Both the position numbers and the translations under genes were made by a program. A DNA stretch of 64,000 nucleotides. Origin: Bugula neritina (taxonomy: Eukaryota; Animalia; Bryozoa). Position 1 is the first letter of the stretch; each line of letters opens with the position of its first letter. The notes beneath the pieces were generated by a model. It ran no database searches, was not told the DNA's origin, and worked only from the letters and a program-made list of their open reading frames with translations. The stretch covers positions 22,105,319-22,169,318 of the forward strand of contig OZ037768.1 of assembly GCA_964035545.1 (NCBI GenBank), given 5' to 3'. This document shows positions 1 to 16,082 of this stretch, piece after piece.

Positions 1-258
1 CATACAGATGGTAAGAGAAATAGAGAGGAACGAGCAGAAACATGCATACCAGATAGAGAGATAGATAGACATAAAATTATACCAACAAGACAACTTCAAC
101 TCAAATAATATTGCCTGTTGAATTAAAATTATATTTAATGTAATAATTACTGCTGCAAAAGATTAAAGTTCCTATATTTCTACAGAACTTGCCTGGCAAA
201 ACTTTTAAGAAACACACAACTGAGTTCACTGCTATAAATGTACAGTACAGACACGTAC

Positions 259-3200
259 CAGAGCAATGTGACTGTTGTTCCAAGTGTTATTATCAACGAA
301 TGTAGTCTTGTTCCCCATACCAGCTATCTGGTACCCATAATCCCACCAAGACATTACCGTCGCCTCGTCGTCGGTGTTCTGTCTCAGCCAATAATACGCC
401 TCACGAAAATCATCCAATATCATACGAGATCTAGAACAGTGCAAATTACAATACAATGGTGGCTGCAATACATAATATAATATAATGACACTATCAATGA
501 ATCATAAGGTATGCCATAATAATTATATTACAGAGAATTAGTAAAAATATTCTACACTGCATGAATATAAAATCATTTAACTGGTCAAGTTAAATTTAAA
601 CAAGACTAGTACTCTATACATTATAAAACATACTACATATAATACAAATAGTGTACACTCAATCTGTGGTACTGTCAATTATCTATCACCTAACTTTGCG
701 GCTATACAATAGAAGGCACAACACTATTGAGGTCCATAGACATGCTACATAGTAGAAGTAAGGTGGGGGTAAGGAGGGGTGGTCACCTACCCATCATGGT
801 TATAAGAAGCCAAGACTATACTAGGGCTAGAGTAGGCATTGCTGGTCACCCATGTACAGTGAACACAGAAGAGCATAATGAGGAATATCACTATCATAAC
901 TATAATAGACTTGAGAGAGCCCGTCACAGCGCCATCGGTGCCCGCTGACTTTGAATCAGACTTCTTCTTGGTAGGCTTAGAGTCAGCGTTAACCTTGGGA
1001 GGCTTTGACTACAAGACAAACAAATGGCAGCATCAGTAGTTGGCATCAGTTGGAACAAATAAAATATAATATACTGATTGTCTATGAAGTTCCTATTTAA
1101 ATCCATTACCAGTTATTGAAGTAAACAGGAAACACTATAAAGGCCAATCTCTGACAAGTTTAGTGAAAATGCATTTAATGAAGAAGCTGACTATCTGTAT
1201 GTTATGTAATATGTGAACTACTCACACATTACATAACTTGTCAGCAATCGTAGTGAGCTATGTCATAGGACATAGTCTTGCAAAAGAGGTGAAAAGGATC
1301 AGAGATATAACTGCCATTTATCAATCTGTGAAATTCAACAGTTTAGAAAACAGCTACCGGTCAAACCATGGAATTTATTCAAACTTTTACCAACTTCCCA
1401 AATAGTACTGCTCAACAAACAAACTAAAATATCTGCATGATATTGCACAGTATTTAAGAGCAATGATGATGTAAAAGAAGATTTATATAACCCACATTAC
1501 ATAACAGTAGCTAGCTGTGTACAGAACTTGTCACTTGGTTCCCTAGTAGAGAGTATAACATAGTAAACTCAGCACTACTAACACCTGTACTATGAACTAC
1601 CAGATAACACTCAACTTACATATACAACGCACTTGGTAAGCCTGTAGAATATCCAGTATGCTGTATTCTATGTATTAAATGATTGAAAGATGAGGATTTG
1701 CTAAGTAATGAAAAACACGTGAACAGAACAAGAGAATGGATAACAAGAGTTTCAGAGTAAAACTATACCTTCCCAGCAGTCTTAGCATGGTCAAACCTAT
1801 GCTTACGCTTACTGGAGAGATTGTCAGCCCCCTACGCAGAGTGTACACAGGTGTGAAGAGGGAGAGAGAAGAACATGAGAAGAGTTACATTTACTGCTCA
1901 TCATAACATTCAACATTCAAGAATGATTCAGTCACTTTAAGCAACCAGTTGTTCATGATTACAGCTCTTGCTGATTACTAGTTATTGATTTACAAGTTAT
2001 TGAACATTATCAGTGATTTCCCGCTTTTTAAATACTAATAGCTTGAATGAGTGAAAACATGATTTCAATAGACCAGCAAAGTTCATGGGCTAACAAATAA
2101 AATACTTTGTTGGGAAAGCAAACAACCCAGTACCATTATATGTGTATAGAACGTGTATATGGAGAGAGTTAGAGTAACATCGGGAGATCAACCTACCCTC
2201 CCCTCCTTGCTGAGCGAGGACGTGGTACTGATCTGAGTGTCTGAGGACGCGTTTGACTGTTTCTTTGGAGGAGGTGGGTCGTCCTTGAGATAGTTCTCCA
2301 GGGTGTGGGAGAAGGCGATGGCAGCAAATACACAGACTATGGGGGTCAGCGTCAGCATGAGTCTCACCATCACTCCAGCAAAGTAGATGGCAGAGGAGGC
2401 GTAGAGTACAACTGTAAGTGTAAGTGTACATAAGTGTGGGTGTATGTAAGTGTAAGTGTATGTAAAGTTGTGTAATTGAATGTAGGTGTTTTGTACACAA
2501 GTATAAGCACCACATCACATGAAAGAAGCGCAACAGCTGGTGTCAGAAGACACTCAATGCTGTGATGTAACAATAATATACAGACTACATATTCATACGC
2601 CATTATAAAACTACTTTGAAAAAATGATTTATTCCTTATCAATAAAAAAGATTATGGTTAACTAACTCTACCCTCCATCCTACTCAACATAAAGATATGC
2701 AAGTTATAAAATATAGATTCTACACTAAAGAGTTGATGATAGATCATTCAGCTGTCATATAGACCAGGATAAAATATCCACAGGAGACTCTTATATCATG
2801 CAATCTATCTCATACTGGCATATGTCCACACTGGCTGCATGTTATAAAAAGTAGCAGAGTTTTGATCACTGATTGAGAAACAAGAGCTTCTAGTTTTTAC
2901 ACAGTTTGAAAGTTTGTATTCTGATGAACAATTGACTACTCAGTCAAAAGGAGCAGCCGTGGTCTAGGGGCAGCCGTGGTCTAGGGGTTAGAGCGTTGGC
3001 TTAGCAAATTTGAAGTTATGAGTTGAACCCGACAAAGGCCATTGGTGATGTTAGGAAGAGCATTAAGTCATAATTTCTCCTGTGCCTCATCTTAATAAGT
3101 CCTTAGCCCCTTCCACCATAGGGTTTCTCACAGGGATAGTGACTATAAACTTGCGTGAGTGAATTAGCCACACAATCTAAAGGCACAGTCAACAGAGACG

Positions 3201-6200
3201 CACAGACAGAAATAGTGACTCACCAAACACCCTCTCATCGTTGATATTCTTGATGACAAACCAGACGCCTGCGGGGAAAGTACAGCTGAGCACGTGCAGA
3301 TCAAAGAGAAAGGAGACCCAGGTGGTGGGCTGATGTTCAGATACCGAGGATATGATGGGGATGTGTATCTTAGCGTAGCCTGTGTCCCACAGCGAGTAGA
3401 ACCTTCCACTCCACGGTGCCACGTAACCTGCACACAGAGGCGTCATATGATAAACTTAGACTATCGGACAAGTTTGCATGTAACTTAAAAATAGACTGCA
3501 ATAGAGGAATTAGTGCCAGTAACTGTAGCTTGGACAAATATCTCACTGCCTTCTGCTCATGATTTACCTGCATAGGTAGATAACTTACCTGCGTAGGTGA
3601 GGTACACGACGGCCATAAAGACAATACCGGCACAGATGGAGATGGCGAAGAAGAAGAAAGACTTGAACTCTGATTTGGTCATGAATGATTGGATGTAGAG
3701 GAGCACAGCGTAGGCGTTGAGCAAGGCAAACACTCCTACAACATGCCAGGCCATGCATGCCAACACAGTGCTATAGAGGTGCAATCATTTTCCCTCAACA
3801 ATATATGTAAACAGTATAGTCGTACATACAGCATTATAAGTTATTTACTTTAGTATTAATAGCTCTAGATGTATTGAACACAGCCTCAGTTTTAAAATCT
3901 AACTAAAAGTTCATAACTTTCTATAAGTTCAAAACTTGTAGAAACAAATGAAATGCAGTAAGTAACATCTGATTTATGAGCAGAATATGCAACTCAGCTT
4001 TGAAATCTATCCATAAAGCACTATATCATTGGCTTAATTTAAGACTAGGTGTCAAAATCAATTTGAAAATTGGAAGGACATGAAATATGTCAAGAAAAGA
4101 TGCAATGTTGGCACTGTGACAGGAAATATTCAAATTCAATGAAGCGCTGCAGGGCAATGAATCACTAGGCTGGTACAAGCATACTGATGATGCTGCCTAC
4201 AATCTACTGCTAGTACAATATTGTCAGCATGACAGTTGATAGACCTACCAGCAGCTGCCATGTGTTCACTTGTTCTGATTGGCTGAAATCCGACAAAAGG
4301 AATTTGCATAGAGAGCAGAGTACCAACAATATAGAAGGTGCAGAAACCTGTAAACAGAGTATATACAATGTTGACAATGAGGAAGTACGGTACAGGCAGT
4401 TGAATGAAGTACTGGCAGCGTTGTTACATCACTCTGCTGACTCACCAGTGTACAGGCGGCTGGAATATCTTCCCATGAGCAAAAGGACAAAGACATGGAG
4501 AGGTATCAGATTGATAATGAATACATAGCCACCCCATGCTGACACCTAGAATATACACAGCTATACATGACAGATGACACCTAGAATATACACAGCTATA
4601 CATGATAGATGACACCTAGAATATACACAGTTATACGTGATAGATGACACCTAGAATATACACAGCTATACATGACAGATGACACCTAGAATATACACAG
4701 TTATACGTGATAGATGACACCTAGAATATACACAGCTATACGTGATAGATGACACCTTTAATAAACATTTAGTTATAAAGAAACATAAGAAAACTGTGAG
4801 AATAATTTAGATGTACCTACCATGTAGAAATAAGCTAGAGCAGTGGCAATGGCCCAAAATATAGATCCAGACTTGACCGTTTTGATCTAAAAATAGCATT
4901 TCACTCACTATAAACATTTTATTTATTAAAAACAACATTATTATGTATTACCAATAGCATATTAACAGTATACTGTGCATGTATCTACAAATGGCATCTA
5001 CGTACCCACAAATAGTAAGTGAATAGCTAATCTACGTACCCACAAATAGTAAGTGAATAGCTAATCTACGTACCCACAAATAGTAAGTGAACATAAGAGC
5101 AAAGATGGCGATACCCTCGTTGTCATAGCTACCAGCCACCGATCTGCTGATATATCCTGGAACTGCACAGAAATTGAATAACAAACAAGTATAATCATGT
5201 GTATAATATAAATAGATAATAAATATATAATATAAGTATATAGTACAAATATATAATTAATGTATTTAATATGACTGTATAATAGTAATAAGCTAAAATA
5301 AGTCTTTGTAATTCCAACATTTAAATCAAAATAAAGATTTTTAATATACGATTGTATAATTTGGGATCCAAGCTAACAATCTGACAGAAATTGACTGTAA
5401 AATCACAATAAAAAAAAACAGAAAAAAGGAAATCTAGTAAAACAGCGTTTTCAGATACAAGTCAATTTGCTATATATAATACACAGTAATCTTCAATACA
5501 GTAAACTTAGACTGAGAGCTTAGCTCAGTGGCAAACAGTGGTAGGGGGGTGTGCAAACTAACCAATAGCAATAAAGCAAGCGGCTAATAGGCCGGCACTC
5601 TGGTTCCAGATCTCTTTGGTGAAGAAGTACATAGATATAGCTGTTAGCCCACTGTCAACAGAACAATGTGCATACAAGATCTAGACAATGGTTTACAATA
5701 TGAAATGCAAGTAAACTAAATTTCTAGATACTTCAATGCAGAATGTATGTGTAGTGAATGTACCTGAATAGAGGAGCGAGAAAAACACAGATATCTCTGA
5801 TGTGTATAGGGATGTTGAGTGTGTGAAGGACATGGTGAATTAGTCCAGATGTGACCATCAGCCCGGGGTATACCTGGATGTTAACAAAATTTGTTTAAAA
5901 ATACAAATTTAGGTCAGTTCATGCTGTTTTGCTTGCGTCATTTTTTACCATTACAAATTCCTTCTTTTACTAATAATTGATAAACTTTAAAAAGAAATCT
6001 TGAATAAATATTATTGCAAAATCAGAACTCAATGCAAACCAAGAAACTTATTCGCTAGCTAATTCATAATAATTATTAGAATAGTAAATTCCAAACTGGT
6101 TTTAGTTTGTACAACTGCTACATCCATCCAACACCAATTCCACGTAATGCTGTTGCCGTTTGTCAACATTAATATTGATCTATAATTCCGCTGACACTTA

Positions 6201-7466
6201 TAACAATTATTAATACATTTGGAGAATTCCTGTTAATCAACCTTGTAATCCAATCCAGTAGAAAAATCACATAAATGTGGCAAAACACTTACAGTTCCAC
6301 CAACAATTCTACCAAGGGGATACCACGCTCGCTCGTCAAACCAGTTGAGGAAATTATAAAACCCATTTTCTACCATATGGTGGGTGGCTCGATAATTAAA
6401 CCTAAAAATAGCAATTTGCAAAATAAGATAGGTGCAGACTTGCATTATTTTTTTAAGGTATTGATTTTGACAATTAGGTGTGAGAAGTTTAGGTTTATAA
6501 AGTGAAGTAAACATATTTCAAACCTAAATTATACATCTAAAATTGAAAACCCAAACCAAAGCCATGAACTAAAAGCAAGAATTGCAATGAAAATAATTAT
6601 CAACTGCAACATAATGATTGAAATTAGGTTAATTTTCAATTAACTTGAATAAATTTATGATTCAAAAGACAAATAAAAACTACCCTCAAACCTATAGGAA
6701 AATATTACACTCAACAGCTTCAAGTTCAATATTAAAACCAAAAGTTAAAACAAGCAATTGAAAATTTGAGCACAAATTCAATAAAAATTGTCAATTAGTA
6801 TTACTATTAAAGTTAACACAAGCAGTGATCAACCTCAACTGAAAGTAATGATCCAATATGTATATTATATTATTATTACTTCATTTCATATTGAAATTAT
6901 CATGTTATTTTAACAGCAAACGGTAGGTAATACACTAATGGTAATATTATTTACTATTTAGTATTTATCATTTGGGAAGGATAACAAAAATTTGCAATTG
7001 CCAAGTTTCATTTTCATTTTGATTTAATTGTATTAACATTTAGGTTTTAACAGTAAAGTTCTCTAGTGTTCGCTTCACCTGTTCAACTAAATTGAACTTT
7101 CTTGATGTTAAATACCAAATTTAAACTTGACCGAAAGAAAAAAAAGCGCAAATATTTAGACACAAAATAGCATAAAAGTGCAAATTAAAATTTAATATGA
7201 AATTAGTTTTATTTTAAATTTCAAATTCAAACAATGAAACATTGAAAATGAATGATTGATTATCAAAAGTCAAAATTAAAATAAATATTATCTTACCATG
7301 GATCAAATTCATGAATGATGCTTTCAAATCTTATTACTGCAAACAAACGTGAACTAAATCCTGCCAGCCATGCAAGTGCCAAAACAGCAAAAACTATTAA
7401 ACTTTGAACACCGGCATAATTATTTAAAGAAGTTTTGGATTTTATCAATGAATCGGGGGCTGCCAT
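259..7466 (-). CDS. STT3B: Oligosaccharyltransferase catalytic subunit STT3B (spliced, 3'-partial; continues beyond window start)
   Basis: Phase-consistent GT-AG exons (-): 7297-7466, 6293-6401, 5764-5873, 5563-5651, 5074-5162, 4821-4886, 4446-4545, 4249-4347, 3589-3735, 3224-3427, 2197-2411, 1769-1831, 791-1008, 259-430. Contains [30 protein letters not shown] (STT3B-type rather than STT3A-type), [10 protein letters not shown] and the catalytic WWDYGYQI...[11 protein letters not shown]. Confidence 0.96.
2950..3165 (+). mobile_element. tRNA-derived SINE, copy 1 (with a 17-bp duplication of its A-box head)
   Basis: A-box-like TGGTCTAGGGG, degraded B-box AGTTGAACCC, and body CATTGGTGATGTTAGGAAGAGC...AATAAGTCCTTAGCCC shared with the copies at 26448 and 48042. 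End coordinate approximate. Confidence 0.75.
4541..4756. repeat. 35-bp tandem repeat x6 containing the STT3B exon-7 acceptor
   Basis: Units gacacctagaatatacacagYtatacRtgaYagat start at 4541, 4576, 4611, 4646, 4681 and 4716, with a partial unit at 4751. Confidence 0.95.
4996..5091. repeat. 34-bp tandem repeat x2.8 containing the STT3B exon-5 end and donor
   Basis: atctacgtacccacaaatagtaagtgaa(tagcta) at 4996, 5030 and 5064. Confidence 0.93.
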
Positions 7467-7489
7467 GATGTTTCGTTGACAAGATTCGT

Positions 7490-7600
7490 GGTCCAATCAA
7501 TGATCATGTAAGAAACCTTTATTGACGACTCAAGTTAATTTGTTTAATTATTAACTAACGGCCACAAACTTCCGGTAACAGTACAGTCGGCCGTTGACTA
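7490..7600. promoter_or_regulatory. Probable bidirectional promoter between STT3B and the C19orf25 homolog
   Basis: Head-to-head ATGs at 7466 (-) and 8234 (+). CCAAT at ~7493 and an ETS/GABP-type ACTTCCGG at 7568-7575, in a locally CpG-richer patch. Confidence 0.5.
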
Positions 7601-8233
7601 ATTTAGTTTTACAACTTTTTAATAGAGTTTGTCTATAATATCAATATGTACAAGTATTGGTGTTGCACCAGAGTCGTCATTTTATAACTGTATTAAACTG
7701 TGACTGTGCATTAGTAAAATAGTATTACTATTATGCACTTCAGTATCACTCTGAGTATGAGTATGACTATGACTATGGTCTATGAGTATCAGTATCACTA
7801 TCAGTACGAGACTGAGTAATACTAATAATTATAATAAAGTTATTATAATATAACTAATATTAGACTTACTCTTAGTATGAGTATGACTATGAGTATAAAC
7901 TGTCTTTACTGGTTGCTATTTTGCAAAACTTCGATTTAAATTTTCTGTTTATATATACTTATAGAATGGTTTTTTTTCAAAAGTTGTGAAATTATCATTA
8001 TGCTGCACAAAATATATAATTCCTACTGAACACATTCTATAACTATAACTTTGGTTGTACTTATTCTAATTTGAAGTTTGCTTCATGAATTTATTGCAGT
8101 TGTAGAACACCAGAAAATAATACTATAAACTTAATATGTTAGTTTGAAGTTAAGCGTTTAATTTGCATTAAAATACTTCCACGCTGTATATTTCACCCTG
8201 TAAGTGTATGCTTATTCAAAAATGTTTAATAGG

Positions 8234-9016
8234 ATGGCTTCGACAAGCTCATCTCCTGCTCGACCTGATGTTCCAAAAGCCTCTCAGATGGAAGCCGATA
8301 TTAGCAGCATGGCTGAGGATGATCCTATTATGATGTTATTTGCACCTTCCAACTCCACAGAAACAACAAAAGGTGAATTTAAAAGTAATTAGTTACTCAA
8401 TTTTGATGCAAGAATGCGAACACTTGATGCTAAATGGCAGCTTCTAAACTGATCGAGAGTTTTATTTGCCCAACTGACTCAATACTCCTTTTATCTGCAG
8501 CATGATCTCAAAACTTAATATACAAGCCACCACATTCCATCACATCAAATCATTAATGTGCCTTTTCCTTTTGAAGGCATCTGCAGCATGTGAGGAATTT
8601 TATGAACTCAGTGTTGTGAGAAAGTATAATTTTTTACAATTCTGTGCTGCAAACCTAAACTGAAATGTATATTGAAGAATTTGAAGCTTTTCTACCGCAG
8701 CTACTGGTCATTTGCCAGGTCTCAGTTTATATGTCTGACAATTTTATTTTATATTCTTCTATGTCATTTCACAGTTTAGATAAACAACTAAGTGAACCAA
8801 GTTGTTTTATCTATTTTATATTATATTTTTACAGATAACACCAGTAAAGATTTGAAAGATGCAGAAATATATTATTCTAAAGCCAAAGAGTTTGTAAATA
8901 AGAATAGGGAATTGCAGTGTGCATCCAAGCAAATGACAGAACAAATGGAGGCACTTCTGCAAGCATCCGAACAGTTGATTAGTCCTTCACCTTCTTCCTC
9001 TGTAGATTTAACTTGA
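8234..9016 (+). CDS. C19orf25: UPF0449 / C19orf25 homolog (106 aa, two coding exons)
   Basis: Exons 8234-8372 (AAAG|GT) and 8835-9016 (ACAG|AT), phase 1. PARPDVPKASQMEADISSMAEDDPIMMLFAP and EIYYSKAKEFVNKNRELQ...LLQASEQL align with human C19orf25 as I recall it (PTRPAPPTVEQILEDV...EDPVFTILAP; QLYQQSRAYVAANQRLQQ). An acceptor-like TAATAG immediately before the ATG suggests a 5'UTR intron. Confidence 0.8.
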
Positions 9017-9103
9017 TAGCCTATTTAGCCTGAGGGTTCATTGCAAACACACACATCAGTATGGGGTAAGAGAAGCCGCCACAAACAAAACCACAGTGCT
9101 TGC

Positions 9104-12157
<3,054 letters not shown>

Positions 12158-13285
12158 TTTTGTTTATCTCTGTCACACCAGCAGCTTTACAGAAATATTT
12201 CTTTGGAGTTTCATCTTGATCTCTAACTGTCCAAAAGCATTTAGAAAAAAAATTTAAAAAAGATTTGTCTGCATGAAAAAAATTGATAGTATAATTAATA
12301 CTATTACTAGTACACTTTCATAACTACTAAACTTTATTACTGCAACTGCAACCATAGGGGTGGCGGATATTCACTGCTCACACTAAAACTCTTACTATCA
12401 ATCAGTATAAACTATAGTTATGTCATTGTGATTGGTATTTATTTATTAAAGGTGTTGATTACTAACTTTACGTCTCACAATGCTTTTAGTTTTATACATC
12501 TAATTATATTTAACATAAATATAAATATCGAATATAATCATATTTATATTGCGTAGTGACTGTGATGTTATTTATAATTATATTCTTACTGATCATAATG
12601 ATCACTCATCATAATTATAAATATTGTGTTATCATTTTGATTTTACAAGATGATTTAGCAGTATAGCTAAAGTCATTAACTTCAAAAGAATTGCAAGATA
12701 TTTAGAAATACTAATAGATATGAGCTTTAAAGTCAATGACAATCTTAAATCCTTCAAATGACTCAACCATTATGATTATCATTATGGGTATGGCCACTGA
12801 GCCAGTGAGGCAAACACAGCAGCAATGTGAATCACTGAATGTGAACTCACTAAAACTAAAACTAAAAGTGGATGACTATGACTATTACTATGAGGCTAAG
12901 CAGTTGGCATTGCAAATTGAAATCACTATTAGCATTACTATTGATAATTTAGCCAAATCACAAACAATAAAACTAAATTTAATATAAATTAAATTCTAAA
13001 ATGTTAACACTAAAAGTAAAAGTAAATCAAAATGACTAAACAGTAAAACTAAAACAGTTCGAGTTCAAACCAGTTATTAGAAAAGTATCCTAGCATGTAT
13101 AGTTTAGAACAGCAAAAACCCATTACAAAAATACATTCATTCATTGGTAATAGGTTAAATAATTATTCTTTGAGCCAGCAGTTGAATATCAATTGTTATT
13201 CTATAAACTCACTAACATAGTATAAGTAAAAAGCTACCTTTAGCAACAAGCATTTACGGAAGCAGTAAATAAAAATAGATAATGG

Positions 13286-15370
13286 AATAGACGATGTAAA
13301 GTTGGTACATTTAGTACCTTGTACCAACTCTAGAATACTCACCACTATAACTTATATAAACTTCTGCAAGTTCAAATGCAAAATGCATACTTTTAGAAAA
13401 TAGCTGTGCAACTTTTATTACATGCATTATTTTATTTCATATCTTAAACTTATGAACCATGAGTTCATTTTTCAAAATGTTTAAATTAAGTGCTCAAAAA
13501 ATGCAATTAAAATTTTTATTCTTGCACAAATACCCTGGTGCAGTTTGACCACAACCCCAGCTGTTTTGACAAACACATTTAATGGTTTTTTTATTGACAT
13601 AGTGGTGAATGAGCTGGTTGTTTTTGGCAGTTGGGTAGACTTGAAGCTTGGCAGCTTTTAAACAATTCTGATTGGCAGAATTTTACACGATAAGTTGATG
13701 TTTGTATCTGATTGGCCTAATAATGCATTTGCATTTGAAAATGTAGAGTTTTATTTAAGCTATAATGGTGATATTTTAGAGTTGGCACACACCCCTTTTG
13801 GGTTGAGTTTTATAGTCTGTTCCTGCTGTAGTCATCTACAACAACAGTGTATAGGGAAATTATTAGTATTACGAAATCTGTTTTGGCTTACTTTGCTATG
13901 CCAGTATTCTGACTTAGTTTGTAATCAACTATGTTGGCAGTTAAAACTGAGGGTGATTTCATCAAAGGTGGACATTGCTGAGGCCTTAGAACATCAAATC
14001 AACCAGTGCTGTTACTTGGTTGTATTGTAAAGCAGTAGTGAGAGCATAGCACACTATCACAGTCACTGAGCTGCAATGACAGTGGCTACACCAAACTCGT
14101 CAGTTCTATTATATTATCTTATGTAAGGCACGTCAAAACAATATAGACCCACATGCAAGGCACTACATGCTAATACTCATTTTTATACAAAATTTCTACA
14201 TTATCTATTGCTAATAGCTGTGCATTTAAATCCAATGCAGATGAATATGTGACAGAGTAAAAAGCTACTGTTTTACAAATTTAAAATAAAATAATAGTGC
14301 GGGTACACAAGCAAATAATTTATAGTTAGCGTAGGCTAATGCATTTGTAATGTGCATGTTAAACAACTTTTTTATAATTTATTACATTAGACTATGAGAA
14401 TGTATTTAGTAGTATGTATTGATTTAAAACTAAATCATGAAATGATTATCATTATTGCAACCTCTGTGCTTGGTAGACAGGATAGAGAGGGGTGGTGTGA
14501 CTGCTGTAACTGTGCTACTGCTCTACATACTAACAGAGACTAGGCTAGTGTTTTGCCGTGCCTTACATACTGTCATTGCAGCTCAGTGACTGTGATAGTG
14601 TGCTATGCTCTCACTACTGCTTTACAATACAACCAAGTAACAGCACTGGTTGATTTGATGTTCTAAGGCCTCAGCAATGTCTACCTTTGATGAAATCACC
14701 CTCAGTTTTAACTGCCAACATAGTTGATTATAACAAAACTAAGTCAGAATACTGGCATAGCAAAGTAAGCCAAAACAGATTTCGTAATACTAATAATTTC
14801 CCTATACACTGTTGTTGTAGATGACTGCAGCAGGAACAGACTATAAAACTCAACCCAAAAGGGGTGTGTGCCAACTCTAAAATATCACCATTATAGCTTA
14901 AATAAAACTCTACATTTTCAAATGCAAATGCATTATTAGGCCAATCAGATACAAACATCAACTTATCGTGTAAAATTCTGCCAATCAGAATTGTTTAAAA
15001 GCTGCCAAGCTTCAAGTCTACCCAACTGCCAAAAACAACCAGCTCATTCACCACTATGTCAATAAAAAAACCATTAAATGTGTTTGCCAAAACAGCTGGG
15101 GTTGTGGTCAAACTGCACCAGGGTATTTGTGCAAGAATAAAAATTTTAATTGCATTTTTTGAGCACTTAATTTAAACATTTTGAAAAATGAACTCATGGT
15201 TCATAAATTTAAGATATGAAATAAAATAATGCATGTAATAAAAGTTGCACAGCTATTTTCTAAAAGTATGCATTTTGCATTTGAACTTGCAGAAGTTTAT
15301 ATAAGTTATAGTGGTGAGTATTCTAGAGTTGGTACAAGGTACTAAATGTACCAACTTTACATCGTCTATT
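13286..15370. mobile_element. Foldback / long-TIR non-autonomous DNA transposon (arms 13286-14083 and 14569-15370)
   Basis: Arms are reverse complements; I saw only four transitions and a 4-bp length difference. Ends are AAT-AGACG...CGTCT-ATT, compatible with an AT target duplication. No transposase ORF. Confidence 0.85.
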
Positions 15371-16082
15371 GGGGGTCGTAGTTTGTTGAATGGAGAAAGT
15401 AACTCCGAATAATGATGACGATCGTCCGTTTGCATATAGCATACCTATATAATATTTTCGCTCAATGCAATATATGAGAGCTCACTGCATGTTTGACAGA
15501 AGGAACAAAAGAACAGGAAACTTCTTTTTTCAAAATTATACTCAAAGCATTAGAAAACTTATGGCACGTACAGCATAAAATGCCTACTATTTCTGACTAC
15601 AATTTCTGTATTTATGTAACTGATCATCACATGACTATCTTGATGTTTATATATGAATAATTATATTCCACACAGTGCTACTACATTACATTTTAAATGC
15701 TACAACCCAAAATACAAATTGGTGTGGTTTTAAAAACCACTCATTTCTACCGGCTTAATTATAGGACAGCCTGTAATGCAGTTTATATGAGTTTGGAGCA
15801 CAGGAACTGTATAGTAATACAGTTCATATATCTACATATTATGTGCAGCGTATAACACTGTATCTATGTCTAAATTTACTAACTACAATTTATTCAAATA
15901 ATGAAAGACATTTATATGTACATGTGATAATGACTATAATATATACATTGCAATGAATGCTGTACAGAAATAATAAAATGTAGACAGAATACAAAAATAA
16001 ACAAAGTATATAAGACTGAATATGGTAACACACAAGAGTCTTTTGACAAATATGTGAAGCCAATTATTGAGTAAACTCCTGA

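Noticed and set aside
4541-4756. CRISPR-like appearance of 31-35-bp repeats (also 25058-25250)
   Set aside because: Units are contiguous with no unique spacers, there are no cas genes, and the context is eukaryotic introns.
5516-5545. A-box-like TAGCTCAGTGG
   Set aside because: No B-box or cloverleaf downstream; probably chance or a tiny remnant.
13695-14961. Twin ORFs MMFVSDWPNN... on opposite strands
   Set aside because: Mirror images produced by the foldback arms; no recognisable domain, and the copies differ by a frameshifting indel.
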